64,000 nt of DNA from Minisyncoccota bacterium (GCA_035541435.1 DATKNL010000010.1:94477-158476), one strand, 5' to 3'. Shown: positions 28,123-37,298, counted from the first letter of the stretch. Made by a program: numbers and translations. Notes: generated by a model not told the origin, from the sequence alone.

Positions 28123-29076
28123 CTAGCGCTCTGCTTTTGTGGTGGTGGGAGCAAGAATCATGTAGCCGCCCTGCTTGCCTTGGACGAGGAACGCGTCCGG
28201 GCAATGGCCGATGTCCTCGGCGACCTTCGCGTTGCCGTCATCCGCCGTTCGGATCGGTCCGATAAAGCTTTTGTCCGGGCAGGCGATGCTCACCCAGCCG
28301 TCGCTCCTATCGATGACCGCGAATTCGCCTTCCCAGGAAGCATGGTATTCGTTTCTGAATCCATCCTCTTGATAAGCGACCTTCTCTTTCGGTTCCGTAA
28401 GATCATACTGGTTGCGCCCGTCTGCGATCTTCGGGCTGAAGCCGCGAGGAGCGGCGTCGCCGATGAACGTCCAGACGAAGAGAGCGGCAGTTGCGGCAAC
28501 AAGCGGGCCGCTGATCCAGATGTTCCTCATCGTCTTTGTCCACACGATCATCAGGATGACGAAGCCGAGGACGATCGTGTGGAATATCATGGTTGTCCAA
28601 GAGGCGTCTTTCGTCGCATTGAACCCGAAGCCTAGCCAAAGAGCCAGACAGAAGATGATTTCCCCGAGAAGGATGAATCCCCATATGCCGAAAATCCTGC
28701 GAGCCAAGGCCTGAGTCACCAGTGCCGCGGTGCGCAATTTTTTCGGCAGTTCCGCCAGGATTCGGGAATCATCCGAAAACCGCAGGATTGCGATGATTCC
28801 GATGAGGCCGAGGGGTCTGACCTTCAGCCAGATGACCCAGGCGATTACGGCGAATACCGTGATCGTCAACACCGGAACCAGCTTGAAAGCCGCGTCTCGA
28901 TCCAAGCAACGCTCGATCCAGAGGACGGCCACGGGAAGGAAGAAGATGGCGGCGAAGAGGCGTTCCAACCACAGGTTGACCTCTTCGTACCCTTCGTCCC
29001 TCAGGATGTAGTAATGCTCTCGGACGCTCCGTTTGCCCTCCTGAAGAAATGCCATTGGGTCGAAATCTTCGTCCAT
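28123..29076 (-). CDS. Hypothetical polytopic membrane protein (about 6 TM) with a C-terminal soluble Cys-containing domain.
   Basis: Several hydrophobic helices are present. No family was recognised. Confidence 0.45.
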   Translation of the reverse strand: MDEDFDPMAFLQEGKRSVREHYYILRDEGYEEVNLWLERLFAAIFFLPVAVLWIERCLDRDAAFKLVPVLTITVFAVIAWVIWLKVRPLGLIGIIAILRFSDDSRILAELPKKLRTAALVTQALARRIFGIWGFILLGEIIFCLALWLGFGFNATKDASWTTMIFHTIVLGFVILMIVWTKTMRNIWISGPLVAATAALFVWTFIGDAAPRGFSPKIADGRNQYDLTEPKEKVAYQEDGFRNEYHASWEGEFAVIDRSDGWVSIACPDKSFIGPIRTADDGNAKVAEDIGHCPDAFLVQGKQGGYMILAPTTTKAER

Positions 29077-29085
29077 AATCCCTCC

Positions 29086-29760
29086 TTACCTGCTGCGGCT
29101 AAGGCGCCGCGTTTCGAGCATGTCGTTGTGGTTCCGCATCCTGACCGTGAGTCGCGCGAGCGACCTTTTCATTCCTTCGAATTCGCTTTGGGCGCTTTTT
29201 TTCGCCTTTTCGAAATCGATGTGAACCAGGCTCGGATTTGTCGTGCCGTTCTGCGGATGATCGGGTATCTTGCACGCTGCGTGTTCCGCTTCGAGCTGGG
29301 CCTTGATGAACTTGAGCAGCTCGATTCTGACGCAGAACTCCTTTTTGATCTTATCGAGTTCCGCAGCAGGATCGCTTGCTTTCGTGATCCGTACCGCGGC
29401 GGCCGCATAGAAGTCCTTGATCCAGTCGCCATCGGAGGATTCAAGATGCTTCATGACCTCGGTCGTCTGCACGGCCGGTTTGTGTCCCAGTGCCAGCGCG
29501 ACAGCTTTGAGGAAGTCCGTAAAGATTTCCAGGCCGCCAGACAGGATGGGGTTACTTATGTCGTCTGCGGTGCCCTCGATCCTTCCCGAAAGAAGCCCTA
29601 TCGCACGACCGAATAGTCTCGATCGGGTCCAGTGCCCTTCGGGAATGAAGTTGCTGATATATTCAGCAAGCCTGTCGATCTCGGGATCCGCCAAGCCGAG
29701 CAACTCCAACGTCATCGTTCTCCGTCGGGAAAACTTCGGATCGATTTCCGGATTTGCCAT
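29086..29760 (-). CDS. Hypothetical cytoplasmic protein.
   Basis: It is a 224-aa ORF co-directional and tightly spaced with the two downstream membrane genes. No family was recognised. Confidence 0.4.
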   Translation of the reverse strand: MANPEIDPKFSRRRTMTLELLGLADPEIDRLAEYISNFIPEGHWTRSRLFGRAIGLLSGRIEGTADDISNPILSGGLEIFTDFLKAVALALGHKPAVQTTEVMKHLESSDGDWIKDFYAAAAVRITKASDPAAELDKIKKEFCVRIELLKFIKAQLEAEHAACKIPDHPQNGTTNPSLVHIDFEKAKKSAQSEFEGMKRSLARLTVRMRNHNDMLETRRLSRSR

Positions 29761-29855
29761 GATTTATCCCTCCACCATTATCAATGGTCTGGCAATATAA
29801 TATCATTAATTTTTATATTTGTCAAAATCACCGAAACCACTTAGAATGAAGGCGC

Positions 29856-29939
29856 GCTGGGGTGGTGAAATGGCAGACACGCAAGGTTTAGGACCTTGTG
29901 CCGCAAGGCGTGTGGGTTCAAGTCCCACCCCCAGCACCA
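29856..29939 (+). tRNA. tRNA-Leu (UAG), type II, with encoded CCA.
   Basis: It has acceptor GCTGGGG/CCCCAGC, anticodon loop TTTAGGA, a long variable arm TGCCGCAAGGCGT, T-arm GTGGG-TTCAAGT-CCCAC and ACCA. Confidence 0.85.
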
Positions 29940-29943
29940 GAGA

Positions 29944-30044
29944 TTTATTTTCCCCAAGAAAGGGTCGGCTCGTTTTCTGCTGAAAACGGCCTACGCCTCC
30001 GCGCCTTCGCGCGTCCGGCATACCCTTTCTTGGGGAAAATAAAT
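29944..30044 (+). repeat. Structured repeat element, copy A. It has a 23-bp perfect outer stem enclosing the conserved inner hairpin.
   Basis: The outer stem ATTTATTTTCCCCAAGAAAGGGT ... ACCCTTTCTTGGGGAAAATAAAT encloses TCGTTTTCTGCTGAAAAC ... CGCCTTCGCG. It starts 5 nt after the tRNA-Leu CCA. Confidence 0.7.
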
Positions 30045-30139
30045 ACTCTTCTGTTTTGGGTGGGGCTTGTACGAGTGGAGGGGGGTCGGGGAACTCGGCA
30101 CCGCTTTAAATGCCTGCAAAGAAGCGCTAAACTGAATGC

Positions 30140-31231
30140 ATGTCCATCATCGAGGACCGGCAGAAGATCAGACAGGAAGCTGAACGCGCGAAGCGGCAGA
30201 CGGAACAGCGCGGCGAGACGGTCGAGCAGGCGCCTGTTTTCGACCCGACCCTTCAGGAAATCCTGAGCAACCCGGAAGAGAGCCAGCTCTTCGGCTCCTA
30301 TCTTGAGCACGAAAAGAAGGGCGATCTCGGCGCGCGTCTTGCGAAGAACGAGCTTAAGCCCGAGGATCTCGAGGCGCTGGAATCGGACCGGGTGCAGTTC
30401 GTAAAGAGACTCGAGGCCGCAAAACGGATGGAGGGGCATTTTGCCGAAAGCGCGATCCAGAAGCTTGTCGATGCGTCGCCGCGCTTCAGGAAGATCGCAA
30501 ACGTTGTCGGCGTGAAGAACGTCAGCGAGGCATTCACCAAGCACCTCGTGGAGCTGTCGGTCGCGGAACCTCACGAATTCATGCAGATCGAGCGTGCCAT
30601 AACCCGGCTCATCGAGCGTCAGAAACGCGAAGAGCGGCTGCAGAAGGAGATCGTGGAGATCTGCCGAAAATATAAAATACCCAGCGTGCGCGAATATCTC
30701 AAGGCCGTCGACTCCGACGATCCCGAGGCGCTCAAGAAGCTGGTTGCGAAATCGATGGGTCGGCTTGAGCGATTCGTCAAAGGAAGGTCCGGAGAGCTTG
30801 AGGAAGAAGTGAAGGCGGCGAACAAGCGCGCGAAACTCGACAGCCTCGAAGCCTGGGCGAAGGACGATCTTGAGGAGGTGGGACGGCTGCTCAGCATCTC
30901 CCTCACGAACAACGACAGACTTCGGTCGACGTTGGTGTCGTTCTCAAAAAAAGAAGACGTTCTCGCGAAATCTCCCGTAGCGACCTTCAGGGATGTGCGA
31001 ATCGCCGAAGAGGCGTGGGAATCGCTTTCAGAAGAAGAGGTCGGCGAAGCGTGGGAAACCTATAAGAAAGAGCGTCCTGCGATGACCGACGTGAAAAAGG
31101 AAAAGGAAGGGTTCTGGAAGGTGTTTGCGCGAAGGAGCGGCTTCGGTGCAAAGAGCGGATTCTGGAGCGATGTCGCGACCATGACCGGCGCCGCGTCGCT
31201 TGCAGGTCGGTTCGAATCAAAACTTAACTGA
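30140..31231 (+). CDS. Hypothetical highly charged (E/K/R-rich) protein.
   Basis: It is a 363-aa ORF predicted to be helical with no recognisable family. Confidence 0.45.
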   Translation: MSIIEDRQKIRQEAERAKRQTEQRGETVEQAPVFDPTLQEILSNPEESQLFGSYLEHEKKGDLGARLAKNELKPEDLEALESDRVQFVKRLEAAKRMEGHFAESAIQKLVDASPRFRKIANVVGVKNVSEAFTKHLVELSVAEPHEFMQIERAITRLIERQKREERLQKEIVEICRKYKIPSVREYLKAVDSDDPEALKKLVAKSMGRLERFVKGRSGELEEEVKAANKRAKLDSLEAWAKDDLEEVGRLLSISLTNNDRLRSTLVSFSKKEDVLAKSPVATFRDVRIAEEAWESLSEEEVGEAWETYKKERPAMTDVKKEKEGFWKVFARRSGFGAKSGFWSDVATMTGAASLAGRFESKLN

Positions 31232-31239
31232 ACGCATCC

Positions 31240-31521
31240 ATGACGAACGACATCGTTGAAAGACTGCAGGAGGTCGTCGCGGCCGGCGACGAAGCCGCCG
31301 CGCGGGAGTTCGTGATGCAGCACCTTCACGAGTTTTCCGATGAGGACCGCCGCGCGATCATCGTGAGCCTGGCGACCGAAGCGCTATCCCGCGACGCTGA
31401 GGAGATCGACGGCCTGCTTTCGCTGCAGGAAAACGGCGTGAAGACGGTCCATGCGCTCGAGAAGATCCAGGAGAAGATCGACGACAAGCGCCGGCTGCTC
31501 GATATCAAGGAATCGATTTAG
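31240..31521 (+). CDS. Hypothetical small acidic protein.
   Basis: It is a 93-aa ORF lying 9 nt after the previous gene, and is likely co-transcribed with it. Confidence 0.4.
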   Translation: MTNDIVERLQEVVAAGDEAAAREFVMQHLHEFSDEDRRAIIVSLATEALSRDAEEIDGLLSLQENGVKTVHALEKIQEKIDDKRRLLDIKESI

Positions 31522-31540
31522 GATTTGCTGCCGCACCGCG

Positions 31541-32464
31541 TCAGTCCTCCTTGCGCCGCGTGCCGTGGAACGACTTGTGCACGTCCCGCAGCTGCTTGTT
31601 CGTGAGGTGCGTATAGATCTGCGTGGTCGATATGTTCGAGTGGCCGAGCAGCTCCTGCACGGCGCGGATGTCGGCGCCGTTGATCAGGAGGTCGGTCGCG
31701 AAGCTGTGCCGCAGCTGGTGCGCATGGATGCGTTTCGGAATGCCCGCTTCGCGCGCGCGCCGCTCGACGACGCGTTCGACGGCCCGCGTCGTGATCGGGC
31801 CGATGACGTTGCCCATCCGGTCGAGGCTGACGAACAGCTTCTCTTCGGCGTCGGCGCGCCTCGCGAGATATCTCTGCAGCGCATCGCGCGCGGAATCCGA
31901 GATGAAGACGACGCGGAGCTTGTCGCCCTTCCCGCGCACGGTCGCCTCGCCGCGACGGATGTCGATGTAGCGCGAGAGCGAGCAGAGCTCGGCCAGGCGC
32001 AGTCCCGTCGAGAAGAAGAGCTCGAGGATCGCCTTGTCGCGCAGCGACCGCAGGTCGTTGCCCTTCGGGGCCGCAAGCAGCCGCTCGAGGTCGGCATATT
32101 CCAGAACGTCGATCTGCCGGGCCGGCGCCTTGGGCAGCTCGATCTTCTCGGCGGCGAGCGCCTTCACGTTGCGCTTCGCGAGATATTTGAGGAAGTTCCG
32201 AAGCGCGATGACGTAATAGCCCTGCGTCACCTTCTTGAGCTCGCGGCGCGCAAGGGCCTTGCGGAATTCGGTGACGAGCGACTCGGTGATGTCCTTGGCG
32301 GAGCGGATATCGGCGAACGTCAGGAACTCCTTGAGGTAGTGGCGATAGTTCTCGCTCGTCTTCGGCGAGCGATTCTTCTCGACTTCAAGGTAGTTGAGGT
32401 AGTCCTGAAAGAGCTGTTCGATTTCGCTTGATGCCATTCCCTTATTATACGCCATCTGTCGCAC
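31541..32464 (-). CDS. xerD: Tyrosine site-specific recombinase, XerC/XerD-like.
   Basis: It has an N-terminal SAM-like domain (LSENYRHYLKEFL-type) and a C-terminal catalytic domain with R...HQLRHSFATDLLINGADIRAVQELLGHSNISTTQIYTHL (R-H-R-Y). Confidence 0.8.
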   Translation of the reverse strand: MRQMAYNKGMASSEIEQLFQDYLNYLEVEKNRSPKTSENYRHYLKEFLTFADIRSAKDITESLVTEFRKALARRELKKVTQGYYVIALRNFLKYLAKRNVKALAAEKIELPKAPARQIDVLEYADLERLLAAPKGNDLRSLRDKAILELFFSTGLRLAELCSLSRYIDIRRGEATVRGKGDKLRVVFISDSARDALQRYLARRADAEEKLFVSLDRMGNVIGPITTRAVERVVERRAREAGIPKRIHAHQLRHSFATDLLINGADIRAVQELLGHSNISTTQIYTHLTNKQLRDVHKSFHGTRRKED

Positions 32465-32578
32465 AATATTTGAGCGATTTTATGACGTTTTCATGATCGG
32501 CGGGGAATGAAGCGAAATCGCGGGTCGGAGGGCACGGGGACTTGCATTTTTCTGAATCACGGGATATAATAGCTTGTA

Positions 32579-32845
32579 ATGTTGACTAAGCGCGTAAAGA
32601 CCCGCATCGTCGGCGAACATGGCAAGCACGACAAGGACACCGGTTCCGCCGGGGTTCAGATCGGCATCATTTCCCGCCAGATCGACGAGCTCGCGACCCA
32701 TCTGAAGAAGAATCCCAAAGACAACCACTCCCGCCGTGGCCTGTTGAAGATGGTTTCGAAGCGCCGCAAGCTCCTTGCCTACATGAAGAAGACCGAGGCG
32801 TCTTCCTATGAAAAGTTGATTAAAAAACTCGACCTCAAGCGCTAA
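32579..32845 (+). CDS. rpsO: 30S ribosomal protein S15.
   Basis: The sequence reads HGKHDKDTGSAGVQIGIISRQIDELATHLKKNPKDNHSRRGLLKMVSKRRKLLAYMKK. Confidence 0.9.
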   Translation: MLTKRVKTRIVGEHGKHDKDTGSAGVQIGIISRQIDELATHLKKNPKDNHSRRGLLKMVSKRRKLLAYMKKTEASSYEKLIKKLDLKR

Positions 32846-32868
32846 GCGACGCATTTCGTTTTTGTGAA

Positions 32869-33549
32869 GTGAAGCAGGCTCCTCCCAATTATTCAAATCA
32901 GCGCGTCGGGATCTTCGTGGACGTGCAGAACCTCTATCATTCCGCGAAGAACCTTCATCACGCCCGCGTGAATTACGCCGAGTTGATGAAGCACCTTGTC
33001 GGCGACCGGCAGCTTATCCGGGCGCTCGCTTATGTTATCAAGAGCGAGGGCATCGAACCCCCGCGTTCGGGCGGCGCTTCGCGTCAGGGATCGGCGATGT
33101 CAGCCGCGGCCGCCCAGCATGAGCGCGACGCAGCGGCGCAGCAGAACGGCGTCGGCCAGGGTTCGTCCGAGGCGGGATTCTTCGAGGCGCTCGAAAAGGC
33201 GGGCCTCGAGCTTCGCATGAAGGACCTGCAGATCTTCGCGGGCGGCATGAAGAAGGCCGACTGGGATGTCGGCATGGCGGTTGACGCGATCCGCATGTCG
33301 CCGTTCCTTGACGCGGTGATCCTCGTGACGGGTGACGGTGATTTTCTGCCCCTGGTCGATTACCTCAAGTGGGGGGCGGGACGGCTGGTCGAGGTTGCGG
33401 CGTTTCGCCGGAGCGCATCGGCGAAGATCCAGGAAGCCGCGGACAAGTTCATCAACATCGAGGACGTGCCCCGGGCCATCATGAAGAGCGGACGCATGCA
33501 CGGGCACGGATCGATGAAGCAGACAGGGACAACGAAGCAAACAAACTAA
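32869..33549 (+). CDS. NYN-domain (LabA-like/DUF88) putative RNase with an Ala/Gln-rich insertion.
   Basis: The pattern VGIFVDVQNLYHSA...LIRALAYVI...ILVTGDGDFLPLV is the NYN/PIN-like signature. Confidence 0.65.
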   Translation: MKQAPPNYSNQRVGIFVDVQNLYHSAKNLHHARVNYAELMKHLVGDRQLIRALAYVIKSEGIEPPRSGGASRQGSAMSAAAAQHERDAAAQQNGVGQGSSEAGFFEALEKAGLELRMKDLQIFAGGMKKADWDVGMAVDAIRMSPFLDAVILVTGDGDFLPLVDYLKWGAGRLVEVAAFRRSASAKIQEAADKFINIEDVPRAIMKSGRMHGHGSMKQTGTTKQTN

Positions 33550-33660
33550 TCGACGCACGGAAAGAGGCGGTCATTTTGAGCCTTGCGACGCGAGAACGGC
33601 GTCTCGCTCCCAGGGCTCAGGATGACAGCTGCCTCTGTCGCTCGTGCTCATAATCAAATA

Positions 33661-35802
33661 ATGAAAGGAAAGAAGGAGTTTTCGATTGACATCGCGGGCA
33701 AGAAGCTCGTGATCGAGGTTTCGTCGCTCGCCGAACAGGCGAACGCCGCCGTCCTCGCGAAATACGGCGAGACGGTGATCCTCGCGACCGCCGTCATGGG
33801 CCGCAAGGACACCGAGTCGGACTACATGCCGCTCAAGGTGGACTACGAGGAGAAGTTCTATGCCGCAGGCAAGATCCTGGGCAGCCGCTACGTGCGCCGC
33901 GAGGGGCGCGCCTCGGAAGAGGCGATCCTCGCCGGACGCCTCGTCGACCGGACGATCCGGCCGCTTTTTGACAACCGCATCAGGCGCGACATCCAGGTCG
34001 TCGTCACCGTGCTGCAGATCGACGAGCAGAACGAGCCGGAATTCGTCGGCCTGATCGGCGCCTCGACCGCGCTCCTCATCTCGGACATCCCGTGGAACGG
34101 TCCGGTCGCCGGGGTGAGGCTCGCGCAGTTCATGAAGGACGCGAACGTCGCCGGTGCGAGCGCCGAAGGATTCCTCGCGAATCCCGATAACGCGGCGATC
34201 ACCGAGCATCAGCCGGTCTTCGACGCGTTCGTTTCCGGATCGAAGGACCGCATCAACATGATCGAGCTCGGCGGCCTCGACGCGCAGGAGAAGGACATCC
34301 TCGCGGGCATCGCCTATGCGCAGCGCGAGATCAACAAGCTCGTGGACTTCCAGCTCGGCATCCAGAAGGAGATCGGCAAGAAGAAGGCCGAGGTCTTCCT
34401 CGCCGAGCCCGATCCGGAGCTCAAGAAGGCCGTCGAGGCCTATCTGGCCGACAAGCTCGAAGCGGCCGTCTACCGTCCGAGCAAGATGGAGGAGCAGCAT
34501 GCGGTCACCGCGCTGCGCAACGACCTCACCGCCCATATCAAGGCGACGTTCGTCGAGGCGGGCAAGGCGGTGAACTGGAAGGCCGTCGAATTCATCATTG
34601 AAGAGGCGATCAACGACCTCGTCCATAAGAACGTGCTCGAGAAGGAGCGCCGTCCCGACGGGCGCAAGCTCGACGAGGTCCGAGCGCTCGACGCCGAAGT
34701 GAAGCTGTTCTCGCGCACCCACGGCTCCGCGTTCTTCACGCGCGGCAACACCCAGGCGCTTGCGATCACGACCCTTGCGGCTCCGGGTTCCGAACAGCTC
34801 GTCGAGACGATGGAGACGACCGGCAAGCGCCGGTTCCTGCTGCACTACAACTTCCCGCCGTTCTCGGTGGGCGAAGTGGGGAATTTCCGCGGTCCCGGGC
34901 GGCGCGAAATCGGCCACGGCAACCTGGCGCGCAAGTCGCTTGAGCGCCTGATCCCCGAGAAGGACGAGTTCCCCTATACGATCCGCATCGTTTCGGAAAT
35001 CATGTCGTCGAACGGCTCGTCGTCGATGGCCACCGTGTGCGCGTCGGCGCTTTCGATGATGGACGCGGGCGTTCCGCTCAAGAAGCCGGCCGCCGGCATC
35101 GCGATGGGCCTCATGATGAGCGACGTGAAGAACTTCAAGGTGCTGACCGACATCCAGGGTCCCGAAGACCATCATGGCGACATGGACCTCAAGGTCGCCG
35201 GCACCGATGACGGCGTGACCGGCATGCAGATGGACGTCAAAGTGGACGGCCTCACGCTCGAGATCCTCGAGCAGGGACTCGCGGACGCCCGCAAGGCCCG
35301 GCTTCACATCCTGAAGACGGTGAAGGCGGCCCTTCCGGCGCCTCGCGAAACGCTCTCGCCCTTCGTCCCGAAGATCAGGACCCTCAGGATCAGCGTCGAC
35401 AAGATCGGCGCGGTCATCGGTCCGGGCGGCAAGGTCATCAACGGCCTCATCGAGAAATACGCGCTCTCGGGCATCGACATCGACGACGATGGCGGCGTGT
35501 TCATCTCGGGCATGGACCTCGACAACGTGAACAAGGCGGCGTCCGACATCCAGTCGATCACCCGCGAGTTCAAGGTGGGCGAGATCATCGAAGGGAACAT
35601 CATCAAGATCCTCGAGTTCGGCGCGATCGTCGACCTCGGCGGCGGCAAGGACGGCATGATTCACGTCTCGGAACTCAAACAGGGATTCGTGAAGAAGGTT
35701 GAGGACGTCGTGAAGCTTGGCGACTTTGTCCGTGCGAAGATCATCAAGGTTGATGAGGACGGCGGGCGCATCGGCCTTTCGCTGAAGCAGATGGGGAATT
35801 AG
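33661..35802 (+). CDS. pnp: Polyribonucleotide nucleotidyltransferase (PNPase).
   Basis: It has two RNase PH domains, a KH domain (IGAVIGPGGKVINGLIEK) and a C-terminal S1 domain (GEIIEGNIIKILEFGAIVDLGGGKDGMIHVSEL). Confidence 0.92.
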   Translation: MKGKKEFSIDIAGKKLVIEVSSLAEQANAAVLAKYGETVILATAVMGRKDTESDYMPLKVDYEEKFYAAGKILGSRYVRREGRASEEAILAGRLVDRTIRPLFDNRIRRDIQVVVTVLQIDEQNEPEFVGLIGASTALLISDIPWNGPVAGVRLAQFMKDANVAGASAEGFLANPDNAAITEHQPVFDAFVSGSKDRINMIELGGLDAQEKDILAGIAYAQREINKLVDFQLGIQKEIGKKKAEVFLAEPDPELKKAVEAYLADKLEAAVYRPSKMEEQHAVTALRNDLTAHIKATFVEAGKAVNWKAVEFIIEEAINDLVHKNVLEKERRPDGRKLDEVRALDAEVKLFSRTHGSAFFTRGNTQALAITTLAAPGSEQLVETMETTGKRRFLLHYNFPPFSVGEVGNFRGPGRREIGHGNLARKSLERLIPEKDEFPYTIRIVSEIMSSNGSSSMATVCASALSMMDAGVPLKKPAAGIAMGLMMSDVKNFKVLTDIQGPEDHHGDMDLKVAGTDDGVTGMQMDVKVDGLTLEILEQGLADARKARLHILKTVKAALPAPRETLSPFVPKIRTLRISVDKIGAVIGPGGKVINGLIEKYALSGIDIDDDGGVFISGMDLDNVNKAASDIQSITREFKVGEIIEGNIIKILEFGAIVDLGGGKDGMIHVSELKQGFVKKVEDVVKLGDFVRAKIIKVDEDGGRIGLSLKQMGN

Positions 35803-35826
35803 GTTTCGGTGTGATACACTGAGATC

Positions 35827-36123
35827 ATGGTTGACATGCCGTCGCCGGATGCGATGCAGGTCGGCGCTCCGCCGCCTCCATCGGAAGTAAAGATCAGGAC
35901 GATGAAATCGGACCTCGCTGGGCTCGCCGCGAGCGGGGGAGGCATGCCGAAATTCGAAAGCGTGAAAGTGACCGGCTTGTCGATTGAAAAGGGCGTCGAT
36001 ACGCCCGAAGCCGTCCATCGCAGCAACGCGGTGACGATCGTCATTGTGACGATCGTGGCGGCGGTCATCCTGGGGATTTTGGGCTATGTGGCCTATAGGA
36101 TCGCAACGACCGGAAAGATATAA
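35827..36123 (+). CDS. Hypothetical small protein with a C-terminal TM helix.
   Basis: It is a 98-aa ORF with the C-terminal helix VTIVIVTIVAAVILGILGYVAY. Confidence 0.35.
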   Translation: MVDMPSPDAMQVGAPPPPSEVKIRTMKSDLAGLAASGGGMPKFESVKVTGLSIEKGVDTPEAVHRSNAVTIVIVTIVAAVILGILGYVAYRIATTGKI

Positions 36124-36126
36124 AAA

Positions 36127-36234
36127 GCGCGAACCATAGTGCCGAAAGGGACGGGTCGTTTTCTGCTGAAAACCCCTCTATCTCGCCGCCTTCGCGGCTC
36201 CGATAAGCCCTTTCGGCACTACGCTTTCGCGCCC
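36127..36234 (+). repeat. Structured repeat element, copy B, between the convergent pnp-side ORF and recA.
   Basis: The outer stem TAGTGCCGAAAGGG ... CCCTTTCGGCACTA encloses ACGGGTCGTTTTCTGCTGAAAAC ... CGCCGCCTTCGCGGCTCC. It shares the 18-nt identical inner core with copy A. Confidence 0.7.
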
Positions 36235-36239
36235 TTTTG

Positions 36240-37298
36240 TTATTCTTCCGCCGCGTCCGCTCCCCCTGTGACGGTGCCGTTTTTATAAGCCTCAACCACC
36301 TTTTTCTTGAGGGCTTCGAGAAGCTTCTTGTCCTCTTTCAGCTTCAGTCGGGCATTTTCAAAACCGGCGCCGAGGCGTTCGCCTTCGAACGAGAAGCTCG
36401 CCCCCGATTTCTTGACGACGCCGAAATTCACGCCGGCGTTGAGGACGTCGCCTTCGAACGAGATGCCTTCGTTGAACAGGATGTCGAATTCGGCGAACTT
36501 GAAGGGCGCCGCGACTTTGTTCTTCACGATCTTCGCCTTCACCCGGTTGCCGACCACCTGGTCGCCTTTCTTCACCTGGGCGATGCGGCGGATGTCGATG
36601 CGGACCGATGCGGCGAAGGGGAGCGCGCGGCCGCCCGGCGTCGTTTCGGGGTTGCCGAACATGATGCCGATCTTCATGCGGATTTGGTTGATGAAGATGA
36701 TCATGGTCTGGCTGTTTGCCGCCGCCGCCGTGAGCTTGCGGAGCGCCTGGCCCATCATGCGCGCCTGCCGGCCGACATGCTGCTCGCCCATTTCGCCTTC
36801 GAGCTCCGCCTGGGGCGTGAGCGCGGCGACGGAGTCGACGACGACGACCGAGATCATGCCCGACCGGACGAGGCTTTCGAGGATGTTGAGCGCCTCTTCG
36901 CCGCTATCGGGTTGCGAGATGAGGAGCTCGTTCACGTTCACGCCGAGCTTCTTCGCATAGTCGGGATCCATCGCGTGTTCCGCGTCGATGAACGCCGCCT
37001 TGCCGCCGAGCTTCTGGGCCTGTGCGACGACATTCAGGGCGAGCGTCGTCTTGCCGCTCGATTCCGGACCGAAGATCTCGACGATGCGGCCGCGCGGCAG
37101 CCCGCCGACGCCGAGGGCGAGGTCGAGGGAAAACGATCCGGTCGGCACGACGGCGACATCGACCTTCGTCACGTCACCGAGCTTCATGATGGCCCCCTCG
37201 CCGAACTTCTCTTGGAGCGAGGAGAGGAGCGCTTCGAGGTCCTTCGACTTGGTTTCTTTCGCCTGCTTCGCGGCGGATGATTTTTTGATGGGTGTCAT
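36240..37298 (-). CDS. recA: Recombinase RecA.
   Basis: It has a Walker A motif (GPESSGKTT), VVDSVAAL, and the L1/L2 loop context. Confidence 0.93.
   Translation of the reverse strand: MTPIKKSSAAKQAKETKSKDLEALLSSLQEKFGEGAIMKLGDVTKVDVAVVPTGSFSLDLALGVGGLPRGRIVEIFGPESSGKTTLALNVVAQAQKLGGKAAFIDAEHAMDPDYAKKLGVNVNELLISQPDSGEEALNILESLVRSGMISVVVVDSVAALTPQAELEGEMGEQHVGRQARMMGQALRKLTAAAANSQTMIIFINQIRMKIGIMFGNPETTPGGRALPFAASVRIDIRRIAQVKKGDQVVGNRVKAKIVKNKVAAPFKFAEFDILFNEGISFEGDVLNAGVNFGVVKKSGASFSFEGERLGAGFENARLKLKEDKKLLEALKKKVVEAYKNGTVTGGADAAEE

Noticed and set aside
29856-32464. Whether the tRNA-Leu, hypothetical cargo and tyrosine recombinase form an integrated genomic island.
   Set aside because: The recombinase has the XerC/XerD-type N-terminal domain and the R-H-R-Y catalytic domain typical of the housekeeping dimer resolvase. 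It is 1.6 kb from the tRNA on the far side. No direct repeat of the tRNA-Leu 3' end was seen. This is left as a low-interest finding only.
33571-36018. An 815-aa ORF antisense to pnp.
   Set aside because: It is antisense to the conserved PNPase and has no recognisable motifs.
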